From: Lingula anatina
Taxonomy: Eukaryota > Animalia > Brachiopoda
Length of the DNA stretch: 64,000 nucleotides
Direction: 5' to 3'
Assembly: GCA_051362555.1 (NCBI GenBank)
Contig: CM120645.1
Location: 6,572,001-6,636,000 of the forward strand
In this document: one piece after another, positions 13,907 through 27,226 of the stretch
Layout of the letters: each line of letters starts with the position of its first letter
Position numbering within the stretch: position 1 is the first letter of the stretch
Notes under the pieces: generated by a model
What the model was told of the DNA's origin: nothing
What the model saw: the letters and a program-made list of their open reading frames with translations, nothing else
The model's database searches: none
Made by a program: the position numbers and the translations under genes

Positions 13907-14854
13907 GTTTACAAAAGTAGGATATTGCTTAAAGCTAAGGGGTACCTATGGACAATCGCACAATACAGAAGAAACATAAAGTCGTTTTTGTTATGTTCCA
14001 CAGTTAAATTTGACTAAGGGAAAAAAGGGTCAAAATCACGACTGTTGTCTTGGAAGGCCCACTATCACATAATTTCGCACACCAAAGCAGGCAAATTTTA
14101 GACGTTCCATGGAGTTCGAGACGTAGAACGACGTTTGCTTTTTCTATTTTTATGAGGGCACAATTTTTCAGGTGCATTGATTACAGAATGCGTTTTCAGT
14201 TCCTTGTATCTATGTAAGATACATAATGAGGTACATGATGAGGTCAATACCATTTGGGGTATAGGAAAAGTGAAAGACCATTGGCTCTGTTCTGAGCGAA
14301 AATGTAATGAACATTGCTCATTCTGCAAGCGGAACAATCCTTTTCTTTTGAAAGAAAGTCGTTCAAAAAGGTTTACGAGGTGGCTAATTGCTAGATTCCA
14401 CCGTCTCGGTCAATATTTGACTAGATGATTATGTTAAACATGACATCATTTTTTTACCTGATAACCCATTGATAAGATGACCGGGGAAAATGATGACACG
14501 ATTTTATTTATCATGACGTGACTAAAACCCAGGAAATGCTTAGAAATTCCAACCCCGGCATCTCAGCTAGGTGTTTTTTCGGTATACATTCTAAGTTCCG
14601 TAGACCACAACAATTAAGAAATTCGGTCAAATTCCTAATATGTTACCTAATCACTTATCGGCTGTGTTAGTCATAGAAATTATAAAGGCCGTGTCACCTG
14701 GCAACCTATTGCTACCACTCTTACAAAGAATTGATCACGGCTGATGCATGTGATGCACATTTGGAAGGATCACGCCAGTACGATTTCAAACCCAGGTAGC
14801 GATGATGCTTGGACAGCCTTGTATTGCCATTGCATTAGCTGGAATGGAAGTACT

Positions 14855-14996
14855 AGGAATGGAAGTCCGAACTCCTATATGATAAGTACAGGTTAGGGTT
14901 AGCTGGACTATTGGGGTTAGTATATAGGACGAATGTCACCCGTACAAAGTAAATGGAAAGCGGACTACTGTTCCGGACTTCCATTCCTGTTACACC
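14855..14996. mobile_element. Small MITE remnant with an internal GGTTAGGGTTAG
   Basis: 15-bp inverted repeat AGGAATGGAAGTCCG (14855-14869) / CGGACTTCCATTCCT (14974-14988); telomere-like units inside; left end degraded. Confidence 0.55.
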
Positions 14997-15177
14997 TGTT
15001 ACTTTTTACTTTGTATTTCCAGGTGTTTTTGTATTTTTGATGATTGGATAAGCAGTGTATTTCATCTGAGTTGTATGTCAACATGTATTGGGCTGTGGTA
15101 TTTTTGGAAATAAAAGGGAATGGAGGCAAAGTTTAAAGTTCAGTATAAAGCATCTTTGTTTTCTTTTATCATACAAG

Positions 15178-15231
<54 letters not shown>
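15178..15231. repeat. (CT)n microsatellite
   Basis: Directly visible. Confidence 0.95.
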
Positions 15232-18200
15232 AGAAATAAGAAATATTTACCAAAAGTAAGAAACTAAATTATATCCATGTTTAGTAAGCTACACGTACCA
15301 GCACCTACGTACAGTAGAGTAAATCATTTATTTATCTGTTGAGAGATCATGGATCAATATAATCTTATCGCGAAATTCAAGTCTCGATATGAAAGCTTAC
15401 TTCTCTGCGGCATGTATTATATTCAATACGTTTTAATAATTTTTCATCAGGGCGTTTTGAAAGTATTTTTATAATCTTAATAAATGTGAAACAGAACTAT
15501 GAATATGAGTTTTGTTATTGCTGCAATTATTATTATTATTATTATCATTATCAGACGCGACATCTCTCCAGTATAAGTATGCATTCAAAAGTTAAAAAAT
15601 GAACATCAAGGCAATTTACTGTATTTTTTATAATCCTGAAATATTTTTATTACAGACATGTGAACATCAGTTTTGCTCTTTGTCTTCTATTCAGTTCTGA
15701 TTGAAAGGCGTTAGAAAATCGTCTGAGGGGGGAAGATCACGCTCCCGTACTCGCTGTCACGGCCATATTTAGGTTTGACCCTAGGCATGATTTTTATGAT
15801 ATTTTCTATAAAGAATATGTGCGTTTCATATTCTTTGACAAAACTCACAGCTTGATTGGGGTCAACAAAATCAACTATTTGGACTGACTTTTACATTAAA
15901 CACCACTTGTTTTTACCTTTACAATCAGAAACAGCATGGGATCAGTTAGGAAAAAAAGATTGAGGTCTCGGTCAGGACGACAGCCTAAGAACAAAAACTG
16001 GTCCTTTTGCAGTATTTCCCCCTACCCTGCAGCTCTCTCATTTTTAATATTTTTCAAAAATTAATTTATGTAGTGAATTTGATCAATGTATCTGCTATTC
16101 AAATAAATTAGTTTTGAAATTTGCTAACCAATTTTTTACAATCTTATTTAACCTTCAGACTTTTTGAATAGTGAGAGTAAAGCAACTTTTTATCCCTAGC
16201 GATGGCCTCGGCTCTCGTAATATTTGAATGGCATAAAGTTTCATCCCAAAAATAGTGGAACTGGTAAATGGTTTGCAAAAGTAATTTATTTCAATGACGG
16301 AGGCATTGATCAAAACCACCACACACAACTTTATTTAGAAATTATATAAAAGAGTGTTGGGTTGGGGAAAATACAAGAAAAATGTCCCAAAACTTTCTGA
16401 AAAACGCTTTAGAAAACAAATATGTCGAATAGGTTAAAATGTGAAGTTAACATATCCATACTCCATTAAAATTGAGATAGCATTCGACCATTCAAACAAA
16501 CCATGACGCATTATTAGTCATAATCTTCTTGACCGACTTCTGCTATAAAAGCCACTCGTAAGAGGTCCCAAATATCAAGTCGAGAATTACTTAACCGTCG
16601 AGCTTGCAAACCCTCGATAACCGATAAACTATCATCACACTCCAACCACCTGTAATCGCATGCACCCCTGGTGGGTTGGCATTGAAAGGCCAATAAGCTG
16701 TCAAAACTGACCGCTCGAGCGGCCGGTAGAACTTGGTAGAACCTGTGTATTATAAACCAAAACCCAGAATGAAAACAAAGGTTACGATGCATGTAAAACA
16801 AACGTGACTGGTCCTTTTTAACTATTACTTCGTGGATTAAGAATGAATTATTGGGGATTGTCAACCCTTTTCAACCATCCCAACCCTCTCTATACCCGTC
16901 TATATCCAGCTGTAGGCCCGTTAGCGTACTAGAACACGCCTGATATCACGCTACTAGCCACGGCCGTGACGTACCCCACTCCTCTCCCTCTCCGTCTGTT
17001 ATATGATGACTGTCACGTTACTTTTCCCGACCCTCTGCATTCATTTTTGTCTATATTAAACATCAATGCAAAGCATTAACTTGAACATTTTGGAAATATC
17101 AAAGAAAAACATTGACTACTTTATTTTTAAAATCGAACTGTTAAATATTGGGAAATTGGGAAGTGAATACAAATATCACAATTTCGCGCGTGTTTTTGCC
17201 GAGTTAAAATGATTTCGAAGTCTCCAGGTTATTTTACTTCAATGACAGTTCCAGATATTTCAGGTCGGGCGTCCAACCGAGGAATGTGAAAATGCAGACG
17301 ACACTACCGTTTTAGCTGACATTGTCACCTACCCTTGTAAAAACCACCTACAAGCATACGTAGTTGATGGTATTCGAAACGCCAGTAACAGAAATGAAAC
17401 TTTTTCAATTTGCGACAAAATAGAGAGATCGGCCGAAAAGGTTTTGAATGTTAGCGCTTGATCTTCAGCTTACACTTTTTTTAGCTCAATTTAAATCATT
17501 TATTAAATAATTAGGATACAGTACCTGACATTATTTAAAAGCAATTGTATGAAGTAAACTTTGAAAATACCTTTTAATTAGTTGTAAGAGAATATAACAT
17601 AAACACGAATAAAAAATGTGCCATTCAAAAAGAGTAAAAAAATTAGGGTGGAGCAGAATTCACACGGTAATAACTGATAGCAAGAACCAAAACTACATAT
17701 CTGTTTATATATCTTAATGATGAAAATAATTAAACCAATGAAACGGATCGCCCACACTGTATTTGACATAAAAAATAAATATATAGTAAAATTACTATAC
17801 CCTTACCTCATCGTGGTCGTCGAAATCGAAGCAATGTGTATATCCATTCACATAATTTTCAGATTGCGTGTTTTCCATGGCGCTTTAAAAAGAAAAAACA
17901 TCAGCGTCCAATCAGGCGGGGATTAAATACAGCTCACAGTTGTCGCCTACCGCACAAATTGGGTCTCCAGTGCAAGTATGTCAATCTGTGATAACGTTGG
18001 GTTGGAAATGACAGAAAGACCGAGTGTATAGGCTTCATATACTATTGTACAAGTCGGTGCTCGTACACCAAACGTTATCTGGGAGGCGGTCCTAGGGTCA
18101 GGCAGCCATTACTCTCACGCCGGACTCACATGCAAAGATTTCGGCCTTCGACAACCCTTTCTGTGTCAGTGTTGTATAACGATACTAGATGGAGAGCGAA

Positions 18201-19871
18201 AAAAATTTTCAACATATTTGATGCATTGTCCTCCCCATTTCGCGAGCAGATTGTCCAAAGGCGTTCAAAAGGATCGATAATTAGCAACACTAATCTTGAC
18301 ATCTCGCCAAAAGACATTCTGTTTTCGTATTGTAGCTTATGACAATAAGAGTACTCGGCTCCACTGGGGTCCTCTTTGCAATTTTGTGCGCTGCGCATCG
18401 TTAGTGGTTGGAACAATACCACCGCGGTCTTTAAGGGCTTCACGGGCACTGAACGCCGCCACGTGCAGCATGTGTTATCAGAATTAAGTTTGGAAATACG
18501 AAAGAATATTTCACATGCAATAAACCATACACAGGGGTATTTTATGGAGTGCTTTAAAGGTGATCACGGATAATGAACGAGAGAAGAAAAGCGTTGTTCG
18601 ATTGTGTTACGATGTGCCCGTCAAAACAATCTGTGTTCTACGGTGTGGAGCTTAGCACAATCATGATGCTGCATTCTATAATTGACGATGGTTCTATCTG
18701 TATGGAGTTGTAGCAAAGGGCAGAAGCACTCGCTTTACCTAACTTTCAATAAAATAGATAATAGACTGAGAAAGACAGGCGAATATTCTGGGTCTCTAAG
18801 TGCACTTAGTCACACATCCGCTGAACCTCATAAAAGACGCTACTTTACATTATGTAATCATCATTTATTATATGAGATATTGGACATAATAACGATAAAT
18901 ATGTCCAAGATGAGATTTAAGACAATAAGAAATACATTTTTTAATATATTGGCAGGTGCGTGATTTAAAGATTAGGGGCAAGGGGTGAGGCGTGGGCAAA
19001 TAATCCTCCTTTCTTTCTCCTCCACACGCTGTAAATAATACATAGGCCTACATCATGGTGAAATGTTGGGTGTTTGGCTCGAAACCACTATCAAACCATT
19101 TTGAGTCCGAAACTGATAGGCGGAATTCGCTTACTCTTGTTGTTTTTTTTTTTTTTTTTTTTGGATTTTCAATTTTTAGCTTTTGTTTTCATAAAAAATA
19201 ACGTAGATGAATGAATGCATGAATAAATAAAAAATTAACAAATAAATTAATTACACAACATATTATAAAACGATTTTTTTTACTTAATATGTTGATAAAT
19301 TTTATTATCGCGAGGCATTCTTCTGTCAAACACCTGTGATTTCAGTCATTCAGTGTAGGTATTGAATACTCCCACGGACCAATATCATAACGCTTATCTA
19401 AGCTGGTTTCATATGATGTTGAATCACCAGGTGTTACGGAAGCATAGGGCCTAAATTGCGTAAAAGAGTCTTTCGTTTATTTTCTAAGACATAGACCTAC
19501 ACCACAGTACACAAACCATATATACTGAGGATTACAAAACAAGAACTAAAATGGCAAACAGACAAGCGTGTTTTGTGTTCTCTTTTCCGAAAGAATAGGG
19601 AAGAACATATTTACCAGTAGGCCTTCAAAAAACATTCGGTCGAAAAAAATAAATAACGTTATCTAGAATCACCAGACGGGCGTCATTAAAATATAATGAA
19701 AATGTGAACAATTGCAAAATGGGTTTTAATCATTTGAATTAAGTTGTGCAAGCAGAACATAATCAGAAGAACGATTTTTTAACGTTTATTAACTTATTAG
19801 ATCTATTACGAAACTAATTTGACATAGCCATAAATTGAGCGCGTCTTGGAGACATCCGGGCTAGTAGCATC

Positions 19872-22800
19872 ATGGCGGACAACATAACTGATGCTGAGCT
19901 GCGGAAAGAATTGCAAGAACTCGGTATGAAAAATGTTGGCCCTATAACAGCTTCGACACGCAGCATTTATCTGAAGAAACTCAATCACCTACGGGCAGCA
20001 GAAAGAAAGAAAAACGTTTCTGTAAAGGGAAGAAAAACGACCAAAAGCCAGCTTTCCACTTTCAGTTCTGACGAGGAAGAAGAAAAGGCCAGCGAGCCGC
20101 CTGCCTTGTCCAGAACTAAACGACCGACAAGACAGGCGCAGGGTAGAAATACGAGGACACAAAACGCAAGGCCTACTCCGGACCCACCCCAGAGACAAGA
20201 GCAGCTGTCGTATAGTCGTCCACCTCTGAGGAGCACCAGGCGTGCTGCAGACGAGGTCGAGGGTGTTTCAAGGGGAACCAGCACTGTTGGTAATAAGAGA
20301 ACTTCACTGGGACGGACGCTCAATGCAACTTACAGTTTTAATGACAGTAATAAGGATGACTTTAATTCCTCAGACTCTGACGATGTAGACATATATAAAG
20401 AGGAAGATGAAAGCACTCATGAAATAGGAACAAACACGTCACCCGCATTGGACTCAAGCGGTTGGAACAGCTCTTTCTCTCGGCCTTCCTCTTCAGTGAC
20501 TGGTTTTAGTGGTGGAACACCACGAACAAGCACCCCTGAGAAGCGCACAGATGTTAGTAACCGCAGCAGCAGCAGTGCTCCGAGGCCATTAACAAATAAT
20601 AATATTAGAAACAGATACTCAGCTAGATACTCATTTGGGGGACAGAGAAATGCAGCCGCGGGAAGACAGCCGTGGAAAACGGGGTATCAAAGTTTGACAA
20701 ATCTTTCACAGGATGAGACTCTCTCCGATGAGGAGGACATATTGCAGCAGGGGTTCAAAACCAGGGATGATGTGCCAGGGTACGGCAGATTTACAGCACA
20801 CGTGTCTTATGTCCTGGTAGTTCTTGTTGGGATCTTCTTCATTTCTCTTGGTTTTATGTACTGGTGGGGAATGACAGCACCTGGAGACAAGGCAAAAAAC
20901 AGTGGTAAGAACTGTCACAGTGTCCATGAAGTTTAAGGGGTGTCAGATCCCCTCTCCCATTTCTTTTAGCTCCCTATTTTTATTTTTTAATAATGATATT
21001 AATAATTATAATAATGATGATAATAGAAGTTGTAATAATATCAACAACAACAATCAGACATATTAATTATCAAACAGTGCTCACTAATAATACCACATAA
21101 AAAAAGTAAATTGAAGGAAATATTTGTCTTAGTTGTATGCAAGATAAAGCAACATCAGTTAGCACTTTATGGTGAGAATGATTTAGGGTTGCTATTATAA
21201 GATGATAAAAATGAAAAATATTAACAATTTTGCTTTCCAATTTCAGATAAGCTAATGATATGCGATGGAAGTGACAAATCAGCAGTACCAGTAAGTGTAT
21301 TTAAACTGTTATTCAATTATATTTAAACATTTCAATATAATATGGCTAGAATATGCAATATAACCATGGGCAAGCTGTATGATTTTGTGTTTTAAAGAGT
21401 AATAAAATAATTGCTTAATAGACATCATGATTTGAGGTATGTTTAAATGTGCAGCATCGTTTCTTTGATGTTATAACCTGCATTTTAAAACTGCTGGAAA
21501 ATCATCATCCCACTGTAAAATATAAATGTAAGCCCAGGTATGTAATTCTTTGCTTTGAAAGATTGACAGATAGGGTTGGCATGGCTTTTGAAACAGGAAA
21601 TATTAGCCTGTGTTTAACTCAGTTTGGTTTACCACAAATGGTTTTGTAAATGACTCTATGTTACATTAGGGTTTTATGTAACAATTTACTGACTGCTTAG
21701 AACCAGCTTAATCTGATTTATGTTTCTAAAAATAAGACTGACAAGCTCAGTTTTGTAAGATAGTGCTTCAGTTATTTAATGATTTAATTTTTAATCTGTC
21801 CAAAATTCAGAAAGGTCAAGATAGGAAACTTATCTAATTTGGACTCAGCACTGAAAGTGCTTTAAAGAGTTTTACATACTAGGTGTGCTCAATGCTGTAA
21901 GAAATGTTCTTTGAATATCTCTGCACAATATCATATTCACATTTATTGCTCTAAAGTTTTGAAGTTTTTTTTAAAGCTCATGATAATTACTGCTTTTCTT
22001 TTCTGGTTATATACAGTAAGATAGGCATTTAGCCAGAATTTTTTTTTTTCATTTTGAAAAGTGGTCCTTTTTTATCCCTTAGTTGACACGAGTTGAAATA
22101 TGATCTCCCCCCCCCCCCCCCGTCTCCCCCTCCTCCAGCTACAGGCTTGTGCTAAGAAATTTTTATCCTACATTTCAGCCATGTTACTTAACACAGGAAG
22201 TTGATAAGGCACTGGAAGCCATACATTTGTTAATGGAAGAATTGAATGATGCAGCAGGTAAGGCTTTCATTGACTCCCTAGTCACGTGGGGACTATTTCA
22301 ACACACTCTAAAATCAGGACATCCAGAAGCTCAGCACCTGGGCCTCGTAATGGGCACATAATTGGGGGGGGGGGACCAGTATTATTTACAAACTGTGGCA
22401 AAATGGCTACGCCAAGGGGATGGTGAATATGATTATTTTTTGGGTCATTTATCTGTCAATTCATGTTTTAAAAGTTCAAATTGTTCTTCTATAAGTTCAA
22501 TAGAAAGCTATCCGTGCACTTAGAATGCTTTCAATATTCTGGTTCATTTTAAGCTGTCTAGTTAAATTGCAGTAGGAAAAATTTGTGTAGGTTTCGTAAG
22601 ACTGGAAATCTGACTAACTTGAGGAATTGGACAGTTAAAGGGATTATGGAGGAATTTGGATATTGGCAACAGTGAAGCCATAGCAGTGAACCATACTGTA
22701 AAGAAGATAACCTTTTCTAAATGTGGACTGAGACAACACAATGTAAAGTTTAAAATTGCATTTCAGTTTTGTTTTCATTTTCGGTTTCAGTGGCCGAACT

Positions 22801-25050
22801 TTGTGGTTATGAGACAAAATACACCGGAGGAGGATTGGATAAAGATCAAGTGAAAGAAGTATTAAAAAATAAATATCAGGTATTATGACTCAGCAATTGA
22901 ATTAAACCTTTTTCTAATCTGTTTATACTGGTAAATCGATTTTTTCTCTTTTTGTTTTGGTGATCATCCTGTCTGGCTTGTCGTAGTAGAATATGATAAG
23001 CTTAATGTATTACATAACAAAGAAAATGAATAATAAGTTGCAGACATATCATTCCTTAACTACTCCCAATTAACCGTTATTTTTTAACTCAAAAATGATC
23101 AGAATTAACAAAAATATTAAGTTGAATTACATAGTTATTTTAAAAATTAAAAGTTTCAAAGTATGAAGTTTAGACTTTATTGTAGGATGATGAAAAGCAT
23201 ATGGCAGTGATTGTGGATTTGGTCAGAAAGAATCCCCACTGGGGTATAAGGTAATGAGAGTTCATCTAAATGATGTTAAAAGTAAAATCTATAAAATGAA
23301 ATAGAAAAATTAGCTCTGGAGGTGGACAAGCATTGGTCAATACTGCAGTGAGATACTGCAAAAACTGTCTTGCATTGAAAACCCCTCCTACCCAGAAATA
23401 GACAAAAAAATGAATAAACATATTAAAAACATGAAGAAAATTGAATTTAAGAAGACAATCTAAATTAATTAATAAAGTAATAATACTAATATATTACAAT
23501 TTACTAGAAAATGTTTTTTTCCAAGGAATACATAATGATCTTTATCTTAGAAAGATGACGGCCATATTGTTTCATTTACAGCATTGCTAGTAGAGACAAG
23601 AAAACGCCTGCCGCCAGTGTCTATGGGGCTGTCTGGTTCACAGTGGACAGTCCGCACATGCCAGTTTGGTGTCGTGTGAAACGTGCTGTCATGCAGGTGT
23701 TCTATCAGCTCCTCTTCGTGGCTGCAGGTGAGATCAGTGATGATAATTGAGAAACGGTAATAATGATGTTTGTTGAAATGATGAAATATTTGTGAAATTG
23801 AATTTATGACATGTAAGGGGATGTGTGTGTTTGTGTGCACGCATGCACGCAAATGCAAGTGTAAATCCCTTCTCTTGTGTTAAGTTAAAGTGATGGCAAT
23901 AGTGGTTGATCTTGACCTCAGTTAAAGATTTTATCATATATTCTCTTTAAATACTAGAATGAAATTTTGGAACTAAGCACATGATAAAATGAAAAAGATA
24001 AAAAAAAGGATGACGTACAGTCAGCAGGGTTTCAGCCTTTTTGCCAAAGTTTCCTCATGCCTGCTCGAGCCATGTTTTCTGTATGCCTTATTGAATTACA
24101 TTTTTTAAAATTTTTGATCTTTAATTTTAAATATGCAGGATTGCTGGTGTGTGGGGTTGTAGTGCTGGTGTTGAGATACAGACGCAGACATCAGGACGAG
24201 GAGACCAAGGAGGTGTACCACCTGGTGGAGAGAATTATAGGTAGGGTATCAGATTCTAAATTTTCTTTTGCCTTAGATTAATTATCTTTTTAGATACTCA
24301 CAGATCTGACTCACAGATGTCACTGGGCTTTCTGTGGTGTCCCTAGTAGTCGATTGGTATCAAAGTTAAGTTTCATTTCTTTTGTTTGATTTTGCAGATA
24401 TTATGAAGAGGCATAATGATGAATGCCAAGTTAATAAGTCACTGGAGCCTTATCTTGCCATTCCACATGTTAGAGACATGCTGATCCCTCTTCAGCTCAG
24501 GTACGGGACTGTCATTGCTACTACTGCCCCCTATGGACAATAAAAAGAGGCAGTTTCTTAACTTTTTAATGTCAAAGTTATGTGGGCCCATCGGGTCACA
24601 ACCTGGTAATATTGTAGCTTAGGCAGTTCAATTGAGGTGAGGTGTTATGAAGGCCGTACAAGGGATAATATCTAAATATGAAATTGGTACCAGATAAAAT
24701 TTAAATCAAACTCGTAAAACATTGTTTTACTAAATCCTGAAACGTGTAACATGTCACCTATAAAATGCACTGACATGCCAAAAGCACTGAAAAATTGATT
24801 GAAAGAATAGACAAATAATTGAAATAATAATAATAATGATAATGATAATAATGATGCTGAATAATAATTATTATTATACTAAATACAGCAGCTGTATTAT
24901 TTTCTTATTGTTTACAGGAGGAAGAAGCAAGGGGTGTGGGATAAATCAGTGAAATTTCTGGCAGCAAACGAATCTCGTATCCGGGAGGAAACGCAGCATG
25001 TGAAAGGAGAAGAGTTTGCTGTGTGGCGGTGGATAGGGGTGAGTATTTTT

Positions 25051-25145
<95 letters not shown>

Positions 25146-27226
25146 CAGCCATTTAGACTGTTTTGTGAGATATTGTTTCTTATGTGACATCCTGCTTTGT
25201 GTGAACTATGAAACTTCCATTCGAATAGGAAAATAGGAATAAAGAAATGCTCTGTAGGCCATGATAATCCTACAGGAGATGGACGAATAAGTGGTTTTTC
25301 GATTAAGCTTGTGATTAGACATATTATTGGGCTTCTTTCTTATTTTTATGGTAAAGTATTCAAGGTGTTGGTATCTGGTTTCAGGGCTTTCCCAGTAATG
25401 GTAAAAACAAGGTGTGGCAGGGACAAGGTAAGGGAAATGTAATAAAGCAATATGAAAAGTGAAGAAATTTGTATTAAGTATGGGTCATTGTATAAGCAGT
25501 CAAGTACACATTCCAACCTGCAATATATCTTCTGGAAAAGTCTTGAAACTGTTGAGATATTTTTCCTGTTACCAACACACAATTATTAGTATTAAACACA
25601 CACATGCACACACACAAAAAATACACTTGGACTAATCCCAGTTATAATCTTTTATCTTGCCCCATGCAAGAAAAAAATTAATTGATTATTTGTTAACCCC
25701 ATTTTACCTTCAGCATTTGGTGAGAATTGTGATGTGGGATACAACCTCTTGCCGTATAGTCCTACTAATTGCCTGAAGATCAGGAACATGTTTGACGCGG
25801 ATGTGTAAGTGATGGCAGCATTGGATTTTGTTTTTTATTGAATAAGGGTCAATTTACTAAAAAGGGAACATTTGAGTTTTGTCGGCAATAAGCATCTTTA
25901 TGTGCATAATTCTGACTTTCCCCATTATTTTCTTCTTTATACATGTAAACATATTTGTAATGGGTTTTAATAGTCAGCTGTATTCATATATATGTATGTA
26001 TGTATGCATGTGATATTCCAGAGAGTGTGGTCAAGACTGGCACATCTATGTTCAAGATGCTATTTTAGAGAAGTGTAAAGAGAATAAAGGAATTCTTCAC
26101 CTGGCTGTGGACAAGACTTCCAAAGAGGTAAGTTCTTCCTTATTCTTTATTGAAGTGCAAGCTGATGGTTACGTGTGTTTTTCGTGTGCATGCTGCATTC
26201 TGAAAAATTTAAGAAAAAAGGACAAATTAAGATGTCATATATTCTGTGAACTGTCAGATTGATTGAATTATTTCTAGTGATGTATATTTTTATTGAAGAA
26301 ATAATGACTGAAAGTCAAATGTACTGTTCATGGCTAGTGTCAGTTGTTTATTGAATGTCTGTCATGTATATATTTTTAACATTACTGATTATTTGACTTG
26401 TTTTTCCTAAGGGTTGTGTGTATATGAAGTGTACGACCCCAGATGCAGCAGGGGAAGCTTACAGAGCTTTACATGGCTGGTGGTTTGATGGTGAGTGATC
26501 ATGCCACCAGGGGGAGCTGTCGTAATTAGCCCCTATGCACACGATGCCATCTAGTGGAGTCACAGACTCGGTCACTTCATAAATAATTAAGACAAAGAAG
26601 GAGTGATTGAAGATGAACTTGTCACATGCTTAATTATTATCACTAAATTCTCTTTGAATACTGTGCATATAGTCAATTTATCACTTAAATTACTACTTTA
26701 AGTATGTACTGTTTGCTTTTTTAATTGTTTTGTTGTTATCTAGCAATTATTAAATCTTTACAAAGGTGAATTGTAGAAGAAAAGAAAAGACTGTCACACT
26801 CACATACCACTTTGTGTGTTTACCAATGAATTCTTATTAGTTTGAAAAAGATTGATAACACTGTCTGGTTTCTTTTAAAACTTTACTAGAAATTCTTAAA
26901 ATTAGCTATGAAGTTATTGTCAAAAGCATGGCATTTGATTTTCTTTAAAAGGGTGAAATTTTTCTCTCTCTGTAATTTTTTTCCAGTATTTCATACTTCA
27001 GTTCTTCATCTCTAAACTTTTTTCATTTTTTTTTTGTTCAATTGACCATCTTGTCCCTCTGTTTTTTTTTTAAGGCAACCTTGTCACAGTGAAGTACTTG
27101 AGATTAGAGCGCTATCACGAGAGATTCCCAGACGCAGCAAACTCCACAGTTCCCCTGGTGCCCTCCAATAACAAGATGAGATCTCTGTCCCAGCCGTATC
27201 ATCGCTCACCGTTAGAGAGATCATAG
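19872..27226 (+). CDS. LEMD3: Inner nuclear membrane protein MAN1 (LEM domain, 2 TM, MSC/winged helix, C-terminal RRM/UHM; 14 exons, ~750 aa)
   Basis: Exons 19872-20904, 21247-21290, 22179-22257, 22791-22879, 23186-23250, 23582-23727, 24139-24240, 24398-24500, 24918-25038, 25385-25427, 25714-25804, 26022-26127, 26412-26490, 27075-27226 (2253 nt, in frame). LEM motif [28 protein letters not shown]; AIPHVRDML; [16 protein letters not shown]; KVWQGQAF; CLKIRNMFD; [27 protein letters not shown]. Confidence 0.95.
25046..25138. repeat. Poly-T followed by a (TG)n microsatellite in LEMD3 intron 9
   Basis: Directly visible. Confidence 0.95.

Noticed and set aside
13532-13979. 113-aa and 135-aa ORFs
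   Set aside because: Translations of microsatellites.
16514-18573. Several 60-116-aa ORFs in the HDHD5-LEMD3 intergenic region
   Set aside because: No recognisable domain or splice context; probably degraded repeats I could not delimit.
23551-23581. Upstream AG acceptor for LEMD3 exon 6
   Set aside because: Leads to an in-frame TAG; the acceptor before 23582 keeps the frame.
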